Assembly: GCA_964616835.1 (NCBI GenBank)
Contig: CAZTSG010000003.1
Coordinates: forward strand, 1-60,502
Direction of reading: 5' to 3'
DNA: 60,502 nt
DNA from: an uncultured Nitrososphaerota archaeon
Lineage (GTDB): Archaea > Thermoproteota > EX4484-205 > JAAOZP01
Shown: piece after piece, positions 46,201 through 54,944 of the stretch
How positions within the stretch are numbered: the stretch's first letter is position 1
How the letters are laid out: every line of letters begins with the position of its first letter
Made by a program: the position numbers and the translations under genes
Notes under the pieces: generated by a model
Told to the model about the DNA's origin: nothing
Databases searched by the model: none
The model's input: the letters and a program-made list of their open reading frames with translations, nothing else

Positions 46201-46567
46201 CTTTAACACCATACTTGTCCAAGACACCGGAGTCGTGAAGAGCCAAGCCTAGGTTAAGTGCTGTTTGACCACCGAAGCCCAGCAGAATACCGTCAACCCC
46301 TTCTTTCTCGATTATCTTGGAGACGGAGTCGACGGTTAAGGGCTCGAGGTAAACCTTGTCAGCCATCCTCCGGCTAGTCTGAATAGTAGCGATATTCGGA
46401 TTAACGATAACAGTTTCAATACCCTCTTCCTTTAAAGCCTTAAGAGCTTGCGAGCCAGAGTAATCGAATTCAGCTGCCTGCGCTATCACGATTCCCCCGC
46501 TTCCTATGACTAGTGCCTTCCTTATGTCGCTCCTTCTGGGCATTCGCAACACCTCTCGTTCAAGCAA
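43268..46567 (-). CDS. carB: Carbamoyl-phosphate synthase large subunit
   Basis: About 1090 aa with duplicated ATP-grasp halves (VIGSGGIVIAQAAEFDYSG and ILGAGTNRIGSSVEFDYC) and a C-terminal MGS-like domain. The likely true start is the MPRRSD Met at 46543. Confidence 0.95.
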   Translation of the reverse strand: MLEREVLRMPRRSDIRKALVIGSGGIVIAQAAEFDYSGSQALKALKEEGIETVIVNPNIATIQTSRRMADKVYLEPLTVDSVSKIIEKEGVDGILLGFGGQTALNLGLALHDSGVLDKYGVKVLGCSIETIRTAEDRDLFRRAMWDIGLKVPPSGVARSPEDAIRISDELGFPLLVRTSFTLGGQSSDIVRNRDELRNAVSKALRWSLNGEVLIERSYFGWKELEYEYMRDYYGNAVAVATMEGFDPLGVHTGEKIVVVPIQTLTNKEYHRLRTAGLRIVEKLGIVGECNIQFGLDPESGELIVVEVNPRLSRSSALASKATGYPLAYLAAKLAVGYRIDEITNKVTGITKASFEPALDYVVVKYPRWDFRKFPGDVDRTIGTMMKSVGEVMAIGRTFEEALQKAVRMLQIGRVGVVGNEEEDNGVPSNLREFLKPTDERLFNIVRALKSGVSVEEASRVTGIDKWFLYRILNIIRVDNELKSIRDEYDEEKIAEKIREAKRLGFSDVQIAKRLGWSEDEVRSFRVKHGIKPVFKLIDTMAAEWESVTNYLYATYGDEASDVSESPGKRKVIILGAGTNRIGSSVEFDYCTMHTVWSMKEEGFDEVIVVNNNPETVSTDYDMSDKLYFEELSFERVMDIVEAEKPEGVVVSVGGQDPINITPKLHEYGVRILGTSPVSIDRAEDRAKFSLLLDKLGIKQPPWARVSSIEEAVSKAGDLGYPVLVRPSYVLSGAAMNVAANEEELVEYIRNATRISPEHSVVISKFFEQAYEAEVDAVSDGEDVLIGGVMEHVEYAGTHSGDATIIIPPQRLPEKVVEKIKDYTVRIARELRIVGPFNIQYLVKNSEVYVIEANVRASRTMPFVSKVTGVPLIWLAGKVMAGRRLREFSLIKRNEKTMGVKVPVFSFVRLKGVDPVLGVEMRSTGEVACIGYDFINTFVRAWVSSGLSLPSRNSIIFITVRDEDKPAAAELANRLVEMGFTIAATRGTRSFLSSRGLINVILVNRLSERAEEGVDSMSFLTSGRIGLVINTPDLRDKETLRDMYAIRRTAVEFAIPVVTSLEVAERIIEAMRFKNNDHESAYTPCSLDELHKDIPLSKYV

Positions 46568-47038
46568 TTATCGAAAAATTTAGACGTATAGCGAAGATGA
46601 ATACAGATTGCTAGAAGGCTTCTGCCGCTTTCTCTGCCATTCCCTACTGTTTCAGCCACTGAAGTATCTGAGGAGAAAAAATAGGATTCTATTCTATTTA
46701 AACGTTTCTAAGGAGTTTTGCATTGAAAAATGGTAAAAATGTTATGTTAGAGCACTAAGATCGCATACGACAGTATATAGTAGACGCTATCGTGGCCGTC
46801 TCATCCTTCTTTAAACAATGCAATCAAGCGAGTCAAGAATTTCTGCCAAACTTGATTAGAATAAGGAGATTATCTGAGAAAACAGGCATACCGGCCAAAT
46901 ACAATATTTTTTAATAAGCCAGTTAATTCAACAAAAAGACCATTAGCATTATTCTGAAACCGCTTCACTCAAAAGGCTTTAATGGAATTAGCTGAACACG
47001 AAGATTGTCTTATTTTTTATCTTAAACCAGCACGTTAT

Positions 47039-47452
47039 TCACCTGCTTATCATCACTACTTCATTCTTCAAGTCGGCAAAATGCTTGTCTCCCGTAACTA
47101 CTTTAGCGTTTGCTCTTCGCGCTGTCGCCAGTATTATTGAATCGGCTAAGCCCCAACCGTCCACTTTGTTCTTTCTCTCAACATCTATCTCACCTGAGAG
47201 CTCAGCAATATCACGTGACAAGTCTACGATCTCCGTAATGGTTCCAATAAACTCTAGCTTTATCCTCCTGCCTTCAACCGATTCCACTCCTCTCTCAATT
47301 TCCTTAAGCAGTTTTCTGCTCAGCTCTGCGATTACTACCGTCGGGGTTGCCGAATCCTCCTCCTCGATATAGTGCTTCGCCGTCTCCCCAGGCTTTGAAC
47401 CCCTGAAGTACTCTATCCACGCATATGCGTCGATCACATATTCATAGCTCAT
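47039..47452 (-). CDS. vapC: PIN-domain toxin (VapC)
   Basis: The start is taken at MSYEYVIDAYAW (ATG at 47452), which overlaps the antitoxin stop by 11 nt. PIN acidic residues lie in IDA, IAEL, LADSII and TGDKHF. Confidence 0.75.
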   Translation of the reverse strand: MSYEYVIDAYAWIEYFRGSKPGETAKHYIEEEDSATPTVVIAELSRKLLKEIERGVESVEGRRIKLEFIGTITEIVDLSRDIAELSGEIDVERKNKVDGWGLADSIILATARRANAKVVTGDKHFADLKNEVVMISR

Positions 47453-47642
47453 GAAATTCTGCTTCCTCCTCTTCTTTAAACCGAGATAGCTTAGGATTTG
47501 AACCAAACATGGATGTAGGGATTTCCATCTTTTCAGCTAAGAGTTTTTGCAAAGCCTCATCGTAGCTTTTCGCAGACAACTTTTTCTTTAAAGCATCTAG
47601 GAGCTGTCTGGTTTTTCTACTGACTTGAATAGTAGTAGTCAT
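47442..47642 (-). CDS. vapB: VapB-type antitoxin (ribbon-helix-helix-like)
   Basis: 66 aa. TTIQVSRKTRQLLDALKK..SYDEALQKLL followed by an acidic tail. It overlaps the vapC start. Confidence 0.55.
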   Translation of the reverse strand: MTTTIQVSRKTRQLLDALKKKLSAKSYDEALQKLLAEKMEIPTSMFGSNPKLSRFKEEEEAEFHEL

Positions 47643-47645
47643 AAT

Positions 47646-47655
47646 TATAGCTATA
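47646..47655. promoter_or_regulatory. Palindrome TATAGCTATA abutting the vapB start
   Basis: A perfect 10-nt palindrome 4 nt upstream of the vapB ATG, followed by further CTATAG/CTATAT repeats. Candidate TATA box and autoregulatory operator. Confidence 0.35.
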
Positions 47656-47820
47656 ACTATAGCCTATATTTATTTTTTCTCGTTTCCTTTTGTTGAAAAA
47701 GTGTTGAAGCGCCACAAACCCATCTATAGTTAGTTCAGCCTCTGAGCAAGGAAGGGATGATAGGGCCGGTTTCCCGATCACTATTCGCTTGACTAAGCGT
47801 TTGATTGAAAGCAGCGAAGT

Positions 47821-48183
47821 CTAAAAAAGCAACCCCATGACTCCCAATACTATTGCGACCACGCCGATTAGAGTCTGAAATCCTCTTAGCCATTTTGCGA
47901 GTTTCGCTAAATCTTCCCCCACGAGCGGCACGCTGGGTAAAATGCCCAAGACCAGTACTAAGCCTGCAATTACTGCAACTATTCCCTGCAACCCCCAGTG
48001 TAGGATGCCAAGTATTACGGCTACGATTCCAATAATTGTCTGAAACTCCCCCAGCACTTTAGCAAGTCTGGTTAAATCTCTCCCCACTATTGGTATGTTA
48101 GGCAGAATACTTGTCGCAAGTATTAGTCCAGCTATTATGTTTACTATTTCTATCACCATAGTCCGTGGATTTCCAACATACAT
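47821..48183 (-). CDS. Hypothetical 4-TM membrane protein made of two tandem repeats
   Basis: Residues ~14-63 and ~67-116 are clearly homologous: IAGLILATSILPNIPIVGRDLTRLAKVLGEFQTIIGIVAVILGI versus IAGLVLVLGILPSVPLVGEDLAKLAKWLRGFQTLIGVVAIVLGV. Confidence 0.5.
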   Translation of the reverse strand: MYVGNPRTMVIEIVNIIAGLILATSILPNIPIVGRDLTRLAKVLGEFQTIIGIVAVILGILHWGLQGIVAVIAGLVLVLGILPSVPLVGEDLAKLAKWLRGFQTLIGVVAIVLGVMGLLF

Positions 48184-48232
48184 AAAATCTTTTTAAGAAT
48201 TTCTAAGGGGTTCAGTCTGAGGCATGTGGTTT

Positions 48233-49366
48233 TCAGTTCTTATTTTTCTCGACGAGCTTAAGGAATTTCTCAAAGTATATTTTCGCATCGTAGGGTCCTG
48301 GCGAGGCTTCGGGATGGAATTGCACACCAAAGACAGGCTTGCCCTCCATTTTAACCCCCTCAACCGTGCCGTCGTTCACGTTGAGGTGAGTAACCTTCAG
48401 CCCAGAGTTTTCAAGGCTCTCCTTTCTAACGGCGAAACCATGGTTCTGGCTCGTTATGTAAACCCTGTCTGTTTCAAGGTCTATGCAAGGATGGTTCTGA
48501 CCCCTGTGGCCGAATTTCAGCTTGTACGTGCTCGCCCCCAGCGCTAGTGAGATAAGCTGGTTCCCCAAGCAAATTCCGAAGACCGGTAAGCCGTACTCGA
48601 TGAGCCCCCTAACAGTTTTGAAAGCATAAGTCAGTATAGCAGGGTCCCCGGGCCCGTTTGAAACAAGCACGCCATCAGGCTCGAAGCTCATTATCTTATC
48701 CAGCGGAGTGTCGTGCGGCACCTGGATTACCCTGAAGCCCAGCTCCAAAAGGTTTAGTATTATCGACTTCTTAACGCCGAAGTCCATTAAGACTATTGTG
48801 AACCCGTTTTCCTTAACCGGAGAGTGTTCAACAACCTTCCTCGTGGAGACTTCTGCAGCAAGATTCCTCTTATTGGGGTCTTCGACCTTCTTAGCCTTGT
48901 CGAATAGTTCTTCAACATCTATCTTCTCACCCTCGTAGTATACTTTCAGAATCCCCAGCTGAGTGCCCTTCACCCTTATCTTCTGAGTCAGCATGCGGGT
49001 GTCTACTCTCGAAATACCCGGGACGGATTCTTTCTCAAGCCATTCTGGGAGAGACATTACTGAGGTCTTATGGCTAGGAGTGTCGATGCACTCCCTGACG
49101 ACGAACCCCCTTATCTTAGGCCTGTCGGACTCGAAGTCCTCAGGGTTCACTCCGTAATTTCCTATCAAAGGATATGTTTGAATAAGTATCTGCCCCCAGT
49201 AGGAGGGGTCTGTTATCGACTCGACGTAGCCAACCATGCCCGTGTTGAATACGAACTCGCCGTCAACCTCGGCGACAGCGCCGAAGCCCTCGCCGTGGAC
49301 AATGGTCCCGTCTGCGAGAACTATAACAGCCCTTTTTGCATTCCTCCCATACAGGTTTTTCTCCAC
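48233..49366 (-). CDS. carA: Carbamoyl-phosphate synthase small (glutaminase) subunit
   Basis: GEGFGA, TDPSY, GICLGNQL (catalytic Cys), GHRGQNHP, FGVQFHPE. Confidence 0.95.
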   Translation of the reverse strand: MEKNLYGRNAKRAVIVLADGTIVHGEGFGAVAEVDGEFVFNTGMVGYVESITDPSYWGQILIQTYPLIGNYGVNPEDFESDRPKIRGFVVRECIDTPSHKTSVMSLPEWLEKESVPGISRVDTRMLTQKIRVKGTQLGILKVYYEGEKIDVEELFDKAKKVEDPNKRNLAAEVSTRKVVEHSPVKENGFTIVLMDFGVKKSIILNLLELGFRVIQVPHDTPLDKIMSFEPDGVLVSNGPGDPAILTYAFKTVRGLIEYGLPVFGICLGNQLISLALGASTYKLKFGHRGQNHPCIDLETDRVYITSQNHGFAVRKESLENSGLKVTHLNVNDGTVEGVKMEGKPVFGVQFHPEASPGPYDAKIYFEKFLKLVEKNKN

Positions 49367-49474
49367 TAGTGTTATCGGGGATTTTAGAAGGAGGTGCTGG
49401 CTATTTAAGGTTATCTAAAACCCTCTTCATGAGAGTAAGTAAAAGAAATAAGCCACTATCTGAAATGGGAAACA

Positions 49475-50215
49475 ATGTTGGAGAGCCTGTTTAAGAGGAG
49501 AATCCTGGAAAATGCTTTTTTCAAGAAGAGCAGGATTGTCCTGGCCTTCGACGAGTATGGCGATAGCGATACCGTTTTAAACAGGCTCCATCAATTCTGC
49601 GAGCAGCTTGGGGAGCATTTAGCAGGCGTTAAGATAGGTTATCCAACGATACTATCTACAGGCCTCCCCCTGTTGAAGAAGCTCCTAAGCAAGTTTAGCG
49701 GTGAAAACGTGTTCATAGCCGATGTGAAGGTTGCAGACATATCTTTCACCAACAGCCTTATTGCCAGAATATTGTATGAAACGGGTTTCGACGCAATAAT
49801 AGCGCACGGCTTCATAGGATATGAAGGTGGCTTGGAAGGGGTTTTCAAAGAGGCTGAGAAGCTTAACCGGGGTGTTGTTATCGTGGTGAGCATGAGCCAC
49901 GCGGGCTCAACGGAGTTTATAGACCCGCATGTGGAAAAACTGGTTCAAACAGCTTTGGAACACGGCGCCGATGGGGCTGTCGCCCCGGCAACGAGGACAC
50001 GGGTTGTGAGAAGAGTAAGAGAAATCGCTGGCAACGGGTTGCTAATATTCACCCCGGGAGTTGGGATGCAGGGAGCACCTTATGGAGCGGGTCTCTCAGC
50101 CGGGGCTGATTTCGAAATAATCGGTAGGAGCATAACCGGCTCCCAGGATCCTCTTGAAACCGTTCTGGAGGTGAAGAAGGAGCATGACAGAATCCTGGCT
50201 GGAGGAGCTTGTTAA
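49475..50215 (+). CDS. pyrF: Orotidine 5'-phosphate decarboxylase
   Basis: LAFDEY..., IADVKVADISFTN (DxKxxDI motif), and C-terminal IIGRSI. Confidence 0.85.
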   Translation: MLESLFKRRILENAFFKKSRIVLAFDEYGDSDTVLNRLHQFCEQLGEHLAGVKIGYPTILSTGLPLLKKLLSKFSGENVFIADVKVADISFTNSLIARILYETGFDAIIAHGFIGYEGGLEGVFKEAEKLNRGVVIVVSMSHAGSTEFIDPHVEKLVQTALEHGADGAVAPATRTRVVRRVREIAGNGLLIFTPGVGMQGAPYGAGLSAGADFEIIGRSITGSQDPLETVLEVKKEHDRILAGGAC

Positions 50216-50807
50216 AGATATCTACCTAGCAGGCGTGTTCAGAATCGGAGAGTTCAAGCTCACCTCAGGGGGGCTGAGCCCCTATTACGTTGACCTGAGA
50301 ATACTAGTATCCAGGCCAAGGCTCTTCGAAAGGCTTGTAGACTCCTACATAAGTAGGATGAGGACCATAAGAGAAGACTTCGACGTCGTCGCAGGCGTCG
50401 AGACAGCGGGAATACCAATAGCAACGTTGATATCTCACAAGACTGGCCTCCCAATGGTTTACGTGAGGAGCGTTGAGAGAGAGCACGGCACCGGGAGAAT
50501 GATCGAGGGAGAGCTTGAGGAGGGGAGCAGGGTCGTCGTTATCGACGATGTTCTGACAACGGGGAGGAGTATAGAGAACGCTGTGAAAACCATAGGCGTT
50601 GCGGGGGGACGGGTCCAGTACGCCCTAGTATTCCTAGACAGGCTTCAGAACGGTGCTAGGAGGCTGAGGGAGGCGGGGATAACAGCATACTCCGTAATAG
50701 ACGTTAAGGGCTTCCTAAAAATACTGCTTGAAAACATGCTTATACGGAGCCCCGAGTACGAGAAGATAATAAGGTACTTGGAGGGGTTTAGCAGTGTGGA
50801 AGAATAG
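50184..50807 (+). CDS. pyrE: Orotate phosphoribosyltransferase
   Basis: GEFKLTSGGLSPYYVDLR and PRPP motif VVVIDDVLTTGRS. It overlaps pyrF by 32 nt. Confidence 0.9.
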   Translation: MTESWLEELVKDIYLAGVFRIGEFKLTSGGLSPYYVDLRILVSRPRLFERLVDSYISRMRTIREDFDVVAGVETAGIPIATLISHKTGLPMVYVRSVEREHGTGRMIEGELEEGSRVVVIDDVLTTGRSIENAVKTIGVAGGRVQYALVFLDRLQNGARRLREAGITAYSVIDVKGFLKILLENMLIRSPEYEKIIRYLEGFSSVEE

Positions 50808-51738
50808 AGACCTTGTAGAGATAACTGATTTCACGAGAAAGGATATTGAGAGGCTTTTCAAGCAGGCGGATATTTTCCTAGAGGCTAAGCTGGCCCCCCT
50901 TAGGATCCTAGAGGGCAAGATAATGGCAGCAGCCTTCTTCGAGCCGAGCACTAGGACGAGGCTCAGCTTCGAGGCTGCGATGCATAGGCTCGGGGGCTCA
51001 GTAATAGGCTTCTCATCCGCAGAAGGAACGTCTATGGAGAAGGGGGAGAGCCCTGAGGACACTATAAGAATGCTCGACACCTACAGCGACGCGATAGTAA
51101 TCAGACACCCTGGGGGAAACGTTATGGAGGGGTTTGCCCGACTGGCTGAGCACCCGGTTATAAACGCTGGAGAAGGCCAGAGCAGACACCCTACCCAAGC
51201 TCTCGTAGACCTCTACACTATTCTGAAGGAGAAGGGCAGGATAGAAGGGCTGGAATACGGTGTTATGGGTGATGTAAGGCACGCGAGGACTGCGAAGGAC
51301 TTCGTAAAAGGACTAAGTATTTTTGGGGTGAAGGAGGTGAACGTGGTTTCGCCGAAGGGGCTTGCTCCAGAAGAAGGTTTCGTTAAAATCATGGAGCAGA
51401 GAGGCGTTAAAATAAACCATTACGAGAGGGTTGAGGAGGTTGTGAGCAGGCTTGACGTGCTCTATCTCGTTAGGCTCCAGGTTGAGAGGTTCACCGACCT
51501 TCGTGAGGCTGAGGAGTTGAGGGGGAGTTACGCATTAACATTGAAAACATTAGAGTCTGCTAGGAAGGACCTTAAGATACTGCACCCGCTACCCAGAACC
51601 TGGGAATTACCGAGCGAGATTGACAACACTCCTTACGCAGCATATTTCAAACAGGTTTTCTACAGCATACCGGTTAGGATGGCTATTCTAAGCCTGATAC
51701 TCACAGATATCGAGAGGGTTCAAGAAGGGTTGATATGA
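50794..51738 (+). CDS. pyrB: Aspartate carbamoyltransferase catalytic subunit
   Basis: FFEPSTRTRLSFE, HPTQALVDL, HPLPR. Confidence 0.95.
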   Translation: MWKNRDLVEITDFTRKDIERLFKQADIFLEAKLAPLRILEGKIMAAAFFEPSTRTRLSFEAAMHRLGGSVIGFSSAEGTSMEKGESPEDTIRMLDTYSDAIVIRHPGGNVMEGFARLAEHPVINAGEGQSRHPTQALVDLYTILKEKGRIEGLEYGVMGDVRHARTAKDFVKGLSIFGVKEVNVVSPKGLAPEEGFVKIMEQRGVKINHYERVEEVVSRLDVLYLVRLQVERFTDLREAEELRGSYALTLKTLESARKDLKILHPLPRTWELPSEIDNTPYAAYFKQVFYSIPVRMAILSLILTDIERVQEGLI

Positions 51739-52553
51739 GCATGACGGGGAGAACCCACTACTATGTTGAGGCGAAAGTATTATCAAACATGAGGGAAACG
51801 AGTAGAGTAAATACTCTAGTGCTCAAGCTGGAAGAAAGCATGGAAATAAAGCCCGGTCAATTCATAATGGTTTGGAGGCCTGGGGACGGGGAGATACCGA
51901 TAACCCCCTCGCTGACCCAGGGGGATACTGTCTGCCTCACGATAGAGAGGGTAGGCTATACTTCAAACAGGCTGGCGAGCCTAAACGCTGGGGAAAAGGT
52001 CTTCTTGAGAGGGCCCTATGGAAACGGTTTCAACCTTGAATACCCGGGGAAGTATCTGCTCGTAGGCGGAGGAACAGGCACAGCCTCGCTGACACCTGCT
52101 TACTTGAAGCTCGCTGAGAAAGGTGTTCAAACGCTCTTCCTAGTAGGGGGTAGGAATAGTGATAATCTTGTCTATGTCAACAAGCTCAGGGAGCTTAAGG
52201 CAAACATTAGGATAGCGACGGACGACGGTAGCGAGGGGTTCCACGGCACTCTCCCAGACTTCTTTAAGAAGGTTGTTGCCGGGGAGTTTTTCGAAAACGT
52301 TTTGACAATAGGGCCTGAGAAAATGATGGTTAAGATAGCTGAGGAATGCTTCAGAAGAGGGATGAGGTGTCAAGTATCGTTAGTCAGGATCGTGAAGTGT
52401 GGAATAGGCTTCTGCGGGTCCTGCGTCTTAGACCCTGTGGGCTTGAGAGTATGCGTAGACGGGCCTGTCTTCAACGCTGAGGAAATACTTGGAACAGACT
52501 TCGGGTCATACATGAGGGATGAGACTGGTAAGAGGGTTGAGGTGACTCTTTGA
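51735..52553 (+). CDS. pyrK: Dihydroorotate dehydrogenase electron-transfer subunit
   Basis: Ferredoxin-reductase-like FAD/NAD domains (GQFIMVW, LLVGGGTGTASL) and a C-terminal 2Fe-2S motif CGIGFCGSCV...VCVDGPVF. Confidence 0.85.
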   Translation: MSMTGRTHYYVEAKVLSNMRETSRVNTLVLKLEESMEIKPGQFIMVWRPGDGEIPITPSLTQGDTVCLTIERVGYTSNRLASLNAGEKVFLRGPYGNGFNLEYPGKYLLVGGGTGTASLTPAYLKLAEKGVQTLFLVGGRNSDNLVYVNKLRELKANIRIATDDGSEGFHGTLPDFFKKVVAGEFFENVLTIGPEKMMVKIAEECFRRGMRCQVSLVRIVKCGIGFCGSCVLDPVGLRVCVDGPVFNAEEILGTDFGSYMRDETGKRVEVTL

Positions 52554-53857
52554 CGCACGTTGATACGCTTTTCACCGGCAGAGTATACCACAGGGGGGAG
52601 TTTAAAGAAGCATGCATCGGCGTCGAGGATGGGGTAATCTCCTTCATAGGGAAGGAGGCTAATGCACCCTCTTACGATGAGAAGGTTGATTTCAACAGGT
52701 TCCTTATCATCCCAGGCCTGATAGACGTGCATGCGCACCTGAGGGGTATGGGGCTTAAGCACAAGGAGGATTTTCTCTCGGGGACCTCAGCCGCCGCGGC
52801 TGGAGGATTCACTCTAATTCTGGACATGCCTAATACTGATCCCCCTACGAATACACGTCTAAGAATGATGGAGAAGCTGGAAGAGGCTGAGACGGAGATA
52901 GTTGTCGACACAGGCTTCTACTTCGGTAGGCCTGAGGATGTTTCTGAGGCTGAGAAGCTCGTTAAGACCATCGCCGTAGGCCTCAAGCTTTACCCTGAGG
53001 ACTATTGTAAGGAAGCTGGGTCTAGCCTTGTTGAAATAGTCAATACTGTTAGGAGAAGCAGTAAGAAGGTGGTTTTCCACCCCGAGGACCTTTCGATCAT
53101 AGAGCAGAATAGGAGGGCGTATCCCGAGATGCTTAAAGGGGTTGAGAAGCATTCTTTCATAAGGCCCGTGGAGGCGGAGCTCTCAGCGCTAGACGTCTTC
53201 CGCAAACACTTTGGGCCGGGTTCGCATGCAGCACATCTCACAACAGTAGGGAGCATTCTGAAAGCTGAGGCGAACGGTTTTACCTACGACGTTAGCGTCA
53301 ACCACCTGGTTTTGACTGATAATGACCTCCTAGCCCTAGGCGGGATATGCAAGGTGAACCCGCCTCTTAGAAGCCCTGAAGAGAGGCAGAGGCTAGTTGA
53401 AAACCTGGAGAGGGGGAGGATCCGGATGCTCGCCACAGACCATGCTCCTCACACGCTGGAGGAGAAGAGCCTCACGTATTACGATGAAATACCTTCTGGG
53501 ATAGCCTGTTTCGAAACAGCTTTCTCATCACTCTTAGACATGGTTAGCAAGACTGGGATAAGCCTCCACAGCGTCATTGAAGCATTCACACGGGGGCCGG
53601 CCACGTTCCTTGGCGACGAGAAGCTTGGATCCATAGTAGAGGGGAAACTTGCAAACCTAACAGTTTTCGACCCGAGGGAAGAGTGGAAAGTCAATCCCGA
53701 AGAATTCTACAGTAAGGCTAAACACTCCCCCTTCGCCGGCAGGGTTCTCAGAGGCAGGATTAAGGCAACCATCTTAAGAGGAGTAATCGTCTTCCAAGAG
53801 GGAGAGGTAAGAGTGCGAAAAGGATTTGGAAAAGTATACGGTGTGGAAAAGTCTTAA
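52550..53857 (+). CDS. pyrC: Dihydroorotase
   Basis: PGLIDVHAHLRG, LKLY, ATDHAPH. Amidohydrolase fold length. Non-ATG start in the track. Confidence 0.85.
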   Translation: MTHVDTLFTGRVYHRGEFKEACIGVEDGVISFIGKEANAPSYDEKVDFNRFLIIPGLIDVHAHLRGMGLKHKEDFLSGTSAAAAGGFTLILDMPNTDPPTNTRLRMMEKLEEAETEIVVDTGFYFGRPEDVSEAEKLVKTIAVGLKLYPEDYCKEAGSSLVEIVNTVRRSSKKVVFHPEDLSIIEQNRRAYPEMLKGVEKHSFIRPVEAELSALDVFRKHFGPGSHAAHLTTVGSILKAEANGFTYDVSVNHLVLTDNDLLALGGICKVNPPLRSPEERQRLVENLERGRIRMLATDHAPHTLEEKSLTYYDEIPSGIACFETAFSSLLDMVSKTGISLHSVIEAFTRGPATFLGDEKLGSIVEGKLANLTVFDPREEWKVNPEEFYSKAKHSPFAGRVLRGRIKATILRGVIVFQEGEVRVRKGFGKVYGVEKS

Positions 53858-53900
53858 CGATAGCCTAAAGGTTAAAAAGATAATAATGTTTCGATAATCA

Positions 53901-54839
53901 TTGGGAAAACAAGCATTGGATCCGGATTTAAGCATCGAGCTTGCTGGCTTATTTCTCAGGACACCGCTTATGGTGGCGTCTGGAGTATTGGGGTCTTCAA
54001 CAAGCCTGATTAAGAAAGCCTCTGAGAACCGTAGCGTCGGCGCGATAGTAACCAAGACAGTGACTTATACTCCGAGGCCCGGCTACGAGAACCCTACTGC
54101 CTTAGACCTGGGATTCGGCTTTTTGAACGCGATGGGCCTCCCGAATCCTGGATACTTAGAGTATGGAAGAGAGCTGGGTGAGGTTAAAGAAGGCCTTGAA
54201 ATACCCTTGATAGTAAGCATAGGCCCTTCTAACAGTGAGGAGGCTGCTGAAATGGTTAGAGCTCTCAACCATGTTTCAGACGGTTTCGAGCTTAATCTCT
54301 CATGCCCTCATGCTGAGAAACTAGGCTTAGAAGTCGGTTCAGACTCTGAGAAGGTTAGGAGCATCGTGGCCTCAGCCAAGCGATACACTTCGAAACCACT
54401 TTTCGTCAAGATAAGCCCCAACGTGACTGACGTCGTGGAGATAGCTAGAGCTGCTGTAAAAGCCGGTGCTGACGCGATAACTGCAGTAAACACTTTGAAA
54501 AGCATGGTGATAGATGTTAACGCTATGAAGCCTGTTCTCTCAAACGTTTACGGCGGGCTCTCCGGTAGAGCTATACACCCAGTCTCCGTCAGAATAGTCT
54601 ACGAGCTGTACGAAGCCCTTAAAATACCGATAGTAGGATGCGGCGGGGTCAACGATTGGAAGGATGCTGTAGAATTTATTCTAGCAGGTGCAACAGCAGT
54701 CCAAATAGGATCAGCTATAGCATATGGCGATAATAGTTTAAGTGTCTTCAGTAAGATAATGGGGGGGATCGTTAATTATTTAGCGGCTAAGGGATTCAGC
54801 AACATTAGGGAGATAATTGGACTGGCACACAAAACTTAG
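53901..54839 (+). CDS. pyrD: Dihydroorotate dehydrogenase catalytic subunit (class 1B)
   Basis: NAMGLPNPG, ELNLSCPH, GGLSGRAI, VGCGGV. It pairs with pyrK in the same cluster. Confidence 0.9.
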   Translation: MGKQALDPDLSIELAGLFLRTPLMVASGVLGSSTSLIKKASENRSVGAIVTKTVTYTPRPGYENPTALDLGFGFLNAMGLPNPGYLEYGRELGEVKEGLEIPLIVSIGPSNSEEAAEMVRALNHVSDGFELNLSCPHAEKLGLEVGSDSEKVRSIVASAKRYTSKPLFVKISPNVTDVVEIARAAVKAGADAITAVNTLKSMVIDVNAMKPVLSNVYGGLSGRAIHPVSVRIVYELYEALKIPIVGCGGVNDWKDAVEFILAGATAVQIGSAIAYGDNSLSVFSKIMGGIVNYLAAKGFSNIREIIGLAHKT

Positions 54840-54944
54840 CATCGTCGCTGCTTTTTAATAACACATATTCGTATGAATAGTTCCAACAATATTTTCTTAG
54901 AAATTAGTCTTTATAGAAACTTGAAGGTGTTATACTCTTTAATA

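Noticed and set aside
47453-47506. N-terminal 18 aa (MVQILSYLGLKKRRKQNF) of the vapC ORF as given in the track
   Set aside because: PIN domains begin close to the first Asp (YVIDAYAW). The internal ATG at 47452 gives the classic short overlap with the vapB stop, so the longer start would run deep into vapB.
51735-52553. The ORF after pyrB as the ATCase regulatory subunit PyrI
   Set aside because: It is about 270 aa with ferredoxin-reductase-type FAD/NAD motifs and a C-terminal 2Fe-2S CGxGxCGxC motif, which identifies PyrK. PyrI would be about 150 aa with a Zn CxxC..CxxC domain.
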